This document shows positions 61,654-64,000 of a DNA stretch of 64,000 bases, one piece after another; positions within the stretch are counted from its first letter, which is position 1; each line of letters opens with the position of its first letter. Origin of the DNA: Pseudomonadota bacterium (GTDB lineage: Bacteria > Pseudomonadota > Gammaproteobacteria > Pseudomonadales > Moraxellaceae); the NCBI GenBank assembly GCA_040385225.1, contig JAZKHU010000006.1, forward strand, positions 60,554 to 124,553, written 5' to 3'. The translations under genes were made by a program, and so were the position numbers. A model generated the notes under the pieces. It made no database searches, was not told where the DNA came from, and worked only from the letters and a program-made list of their open reading frames with translations.

Positions 61654-62145
61654 ATGCGTCGTATCATTTCCCTGCTGCTGGAAAACGAACCCGGCGCGCT
61701 CTCGCGCGTCGTCGGCCTGTTTTCGCAACGCAACTACAACATCGAATCGCTCACGGTAGCGCCAACGGATGACCCGACCCTGTCGCGCATCACGCTGACC
61801 ACCTCCGGCGATGAACACAAGATCGAGCAGATCACCAAGCAGCTCAACAAGCTGATCGAAGTGGTCAAGGTCGTCGATCTCAGCGAAGGCCAGCACATCG
61901 AGCGCGAGCTCATGCTGATCAAGGTCAAGGCTGTCGGTGCCGCACGCGCTGAAATCAAGCGCACCGCCGACATCTTCCGTGGCCACATCGTGGATGTCAC
62001 ACCGAGCGTCTACACGATCCAGCTTACCGGCCCCAGCGACAAGCTCGACGCCTTCATCGAAGCGCTGTCAGAGACTTCGATTCTGGAAGTCGTGCGTACC
62101 GGCGTGTCCGGCATCGCGCGTGGCGAGAAAGTGCTCAGCATCTGA
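61654..62145 (+). CDS. ilvH: Acetolactate synthase small (regulatory) subunit
   Basis: MRRIISLLLENEPGALSRVVGLFSQRNYNIESLTVAPTDD... is the ACT domain signature. Confidence 0.96.
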   Translation: MRRIISLLLENEPGALSRVVGLFSQRNYNIESLTVAPTDDPTLSRITLTTSGDEHKIEQITKQLNKLIEVVKVVDLSEGQHIERELMLIKVKAVGAARAEIKRTADIFRGHIVDVTPSVYTIQLTGPSDKLDAFIEALSETSILEVVRTGVSGIARGEKVLSI

Positions 62146-62167
62146 AGCATCTGTTTGGATGACGCTT

Positions 62168-62195
62168 GAAAAAGCCCGCGACTGCGGGCTTTTTC
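62168..62195. terminator. Bidirectional rho-independent terminator between ilvH and ilvY
   Basis: aaaaa-agcccgc-gact-gcgggct-tttt. Confidence 0.75.
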
Positions 62196-62204
62196 ATATC
62201 AGCT

Positions 62205-63089
62205 TTACCCTAGCTGCCGATTCCAGAACGCATTCACCAGCGGTTCCTTCAGCCGTTTCTCCAGCGCAAACAAGCCAATGTCATACGGTGCCAGCGGTGG
62301 CTCGATGTCATATGTCCTGATACGACTCGCCAGCGGACTGCTGTCGAGCACGATCTGTGGCACCACGCCGATGCCGAAGCCCAGACTGACCATGCTGACG
62401 ATGGCCTCGTTGCCGCTGACCTGGGCGTAAATCTTTGGCCGTATGCCATGGCGGCGCAGCCAGCGCTCGATGCGGGTGCGCGCCAGGCCTTCCTCCGACA
62501 GGATCATCGGCACATCGCGCCAGTTTTCGGCTGTCGGCCGGCTGATCTGTTCCTCGCTCAGCGTCATCATGTTCAATGGCCCGATGAAGCGCAGATCCGA
62601 GCGCGCAATCGGCTGAAAGACAACTCCTGCCGGCAGGCCGTCCGGTCGTGCACCAATGGCGATGTCCTCGCGGGCCTCCTGTACACGCTCGACCGCTTTT
62701 GCCGGGTCGCCGGTATGCAGCTTGATCTCGATATGCGGATGATCGCTGCGGAAGCTGCTCAGGATGTCATAGAGAAAGCTGTAACTCGCCGTCACCGAGC
62801 AGTACAGGCTGAGCTCGCCGCGCAGCGTGTCACTATCCTGCCGCAAGGTCTGGCGCAAACCCTCCCAGCCGCGCAAAGTGTCGCTGGCATACTCCCGAAA
62901 CAGGCGGCCTTCGCGGGTCAGCGTCACCGACCGGTTGTCGCGCAGAAAGAGCGGGGCGCCCACGCTGTCTTCCAGTTGCTTGATGATGCGGCTCAGTGCC
63001 GATGGACTGATGTGCTGCTCGCGGCTGGTGCGCCCGAAGTGCAGGTTGTCGGTCAGGGCGAGGAAGAGCTGCAGGCTGCGAGCATCCAT
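62205..63089 (-). CDS. ilvY: LysR-family regulator, IlvY-like
   Basis: MDARSLQLFLALTDNLHFGRTSREQHISPSALSRIIKQLEDSVGAPLFLRDNRSVTLT... closely parallels the E. coli IlvY N-terminus. Divergent from ilvC. Confidence 0.8.
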   Translation of the reverse strand: MDARSLQLFLALTDNLHFGRTSREQHISPSALSRIIKQLEDSVGAPLFLRDNRSVTLTREGRLFREYASDTLRGWEGLRQTLRQDSDTLRGELSLYCSVTASYSFLYDILSSFRSDHPHIEIKLHTGDPAKAVERVQEAREDIAIGARPDGLPAGVVFQPIARSDLRFIGPLNMMTLSEEQISRPTAENWRDVPMILSEEGLARTRIERWLRRHGIRPKIYAQVSGNEAIVSMVSLGFGIGVVPQIVLDSSPLASRIRTYDIEPPLAPYDIGLFALEKRLKEPLVNAFWNRQLG

Positions 63090-63111
63090 TGTTATGTTTC
63101 CTTTTTCGGCA

Positions 63112-63144
63112 TATTGCGTTGCAAATATATCATTTTACGCAATA
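63112..63144. promoter_or_regulatory. Candidate IlvY operator: 8-bp inverted repeat TATTGCGT-N17-ACGCAATA
   Basis: Perfect inverted repeat in the ilvY-ilvC divergent spacer. The motif tgcgttgc recurs at 63183-63190. Confidence 0.35.
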
Positions 63145-63177
63145 CAAAGGATGTCGTAAGGTGCGCGTCCCGGATAG

Positions 63178-64000
<823 letters not shown>

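Overview
GC-rich gammaproteobacterial chromosome segment, densely coded, with about 65 protein genes and one tRNA. There is no rRNA, CRISPR array, transposase or integrase. All family calls come from reading the translations for motifs, since no database search was possible.

The backbone is housekeeping: maeB, purD-purH-fis-dusB-prmA, accBC-aroQ, an aa3-type cytochrome c oxidase plus biogenesis cluster (coxB-coxA-ctaG-coxC-SURF1-ctaA-ctaB), actP, tRNA-Pro, ispB, rplU-rpmA-obgE-proB, rpsT, murJ-ribF-ileS-lspA-fkpB-ispH, bamD-rluD-pgeF, clpB, and ilvIH-ilvY-ilvC. As I recall it, the gene order from ispB to clpB parallels Pseudomonas aeruginosa PA4569 to PA4542. That makes several wedged-in blocks stand out.

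- A Csu/sigma-type chaperone-usher pilus operon lies between ispB and rplU. Its usher has no signal peptide.
- An EamA exporter is translationally coupled to two paralogous membrane-anchored proteins of no family I recognise. They are followed by a tiny His-rich membrane protein behind a perfect FNR box, convergent with fnr, all between proB and rpsT. This is my best candidate for an undescribed system.
- A cold-shock module comprises cspA, a four-TM membrane-anchored cold-shock-domain protein, and an RhlB-like DEAD-box helicase 1 nt downstream.
- A rearranged minor-pilin operon (pilV-pilW-pilX-fimT-like) lacks pilY1. A divergent PilY1-like secreted protein lies three genes away.

Other points are an inverted pair of REP-like nested hairpins with compensatory stem changes between purD and purH, a SURF1 fusion protein, and an about 80-aa insertion in ActP. 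The many long antisense ORFs in the track are GC-driven shadow frames and were rejected.
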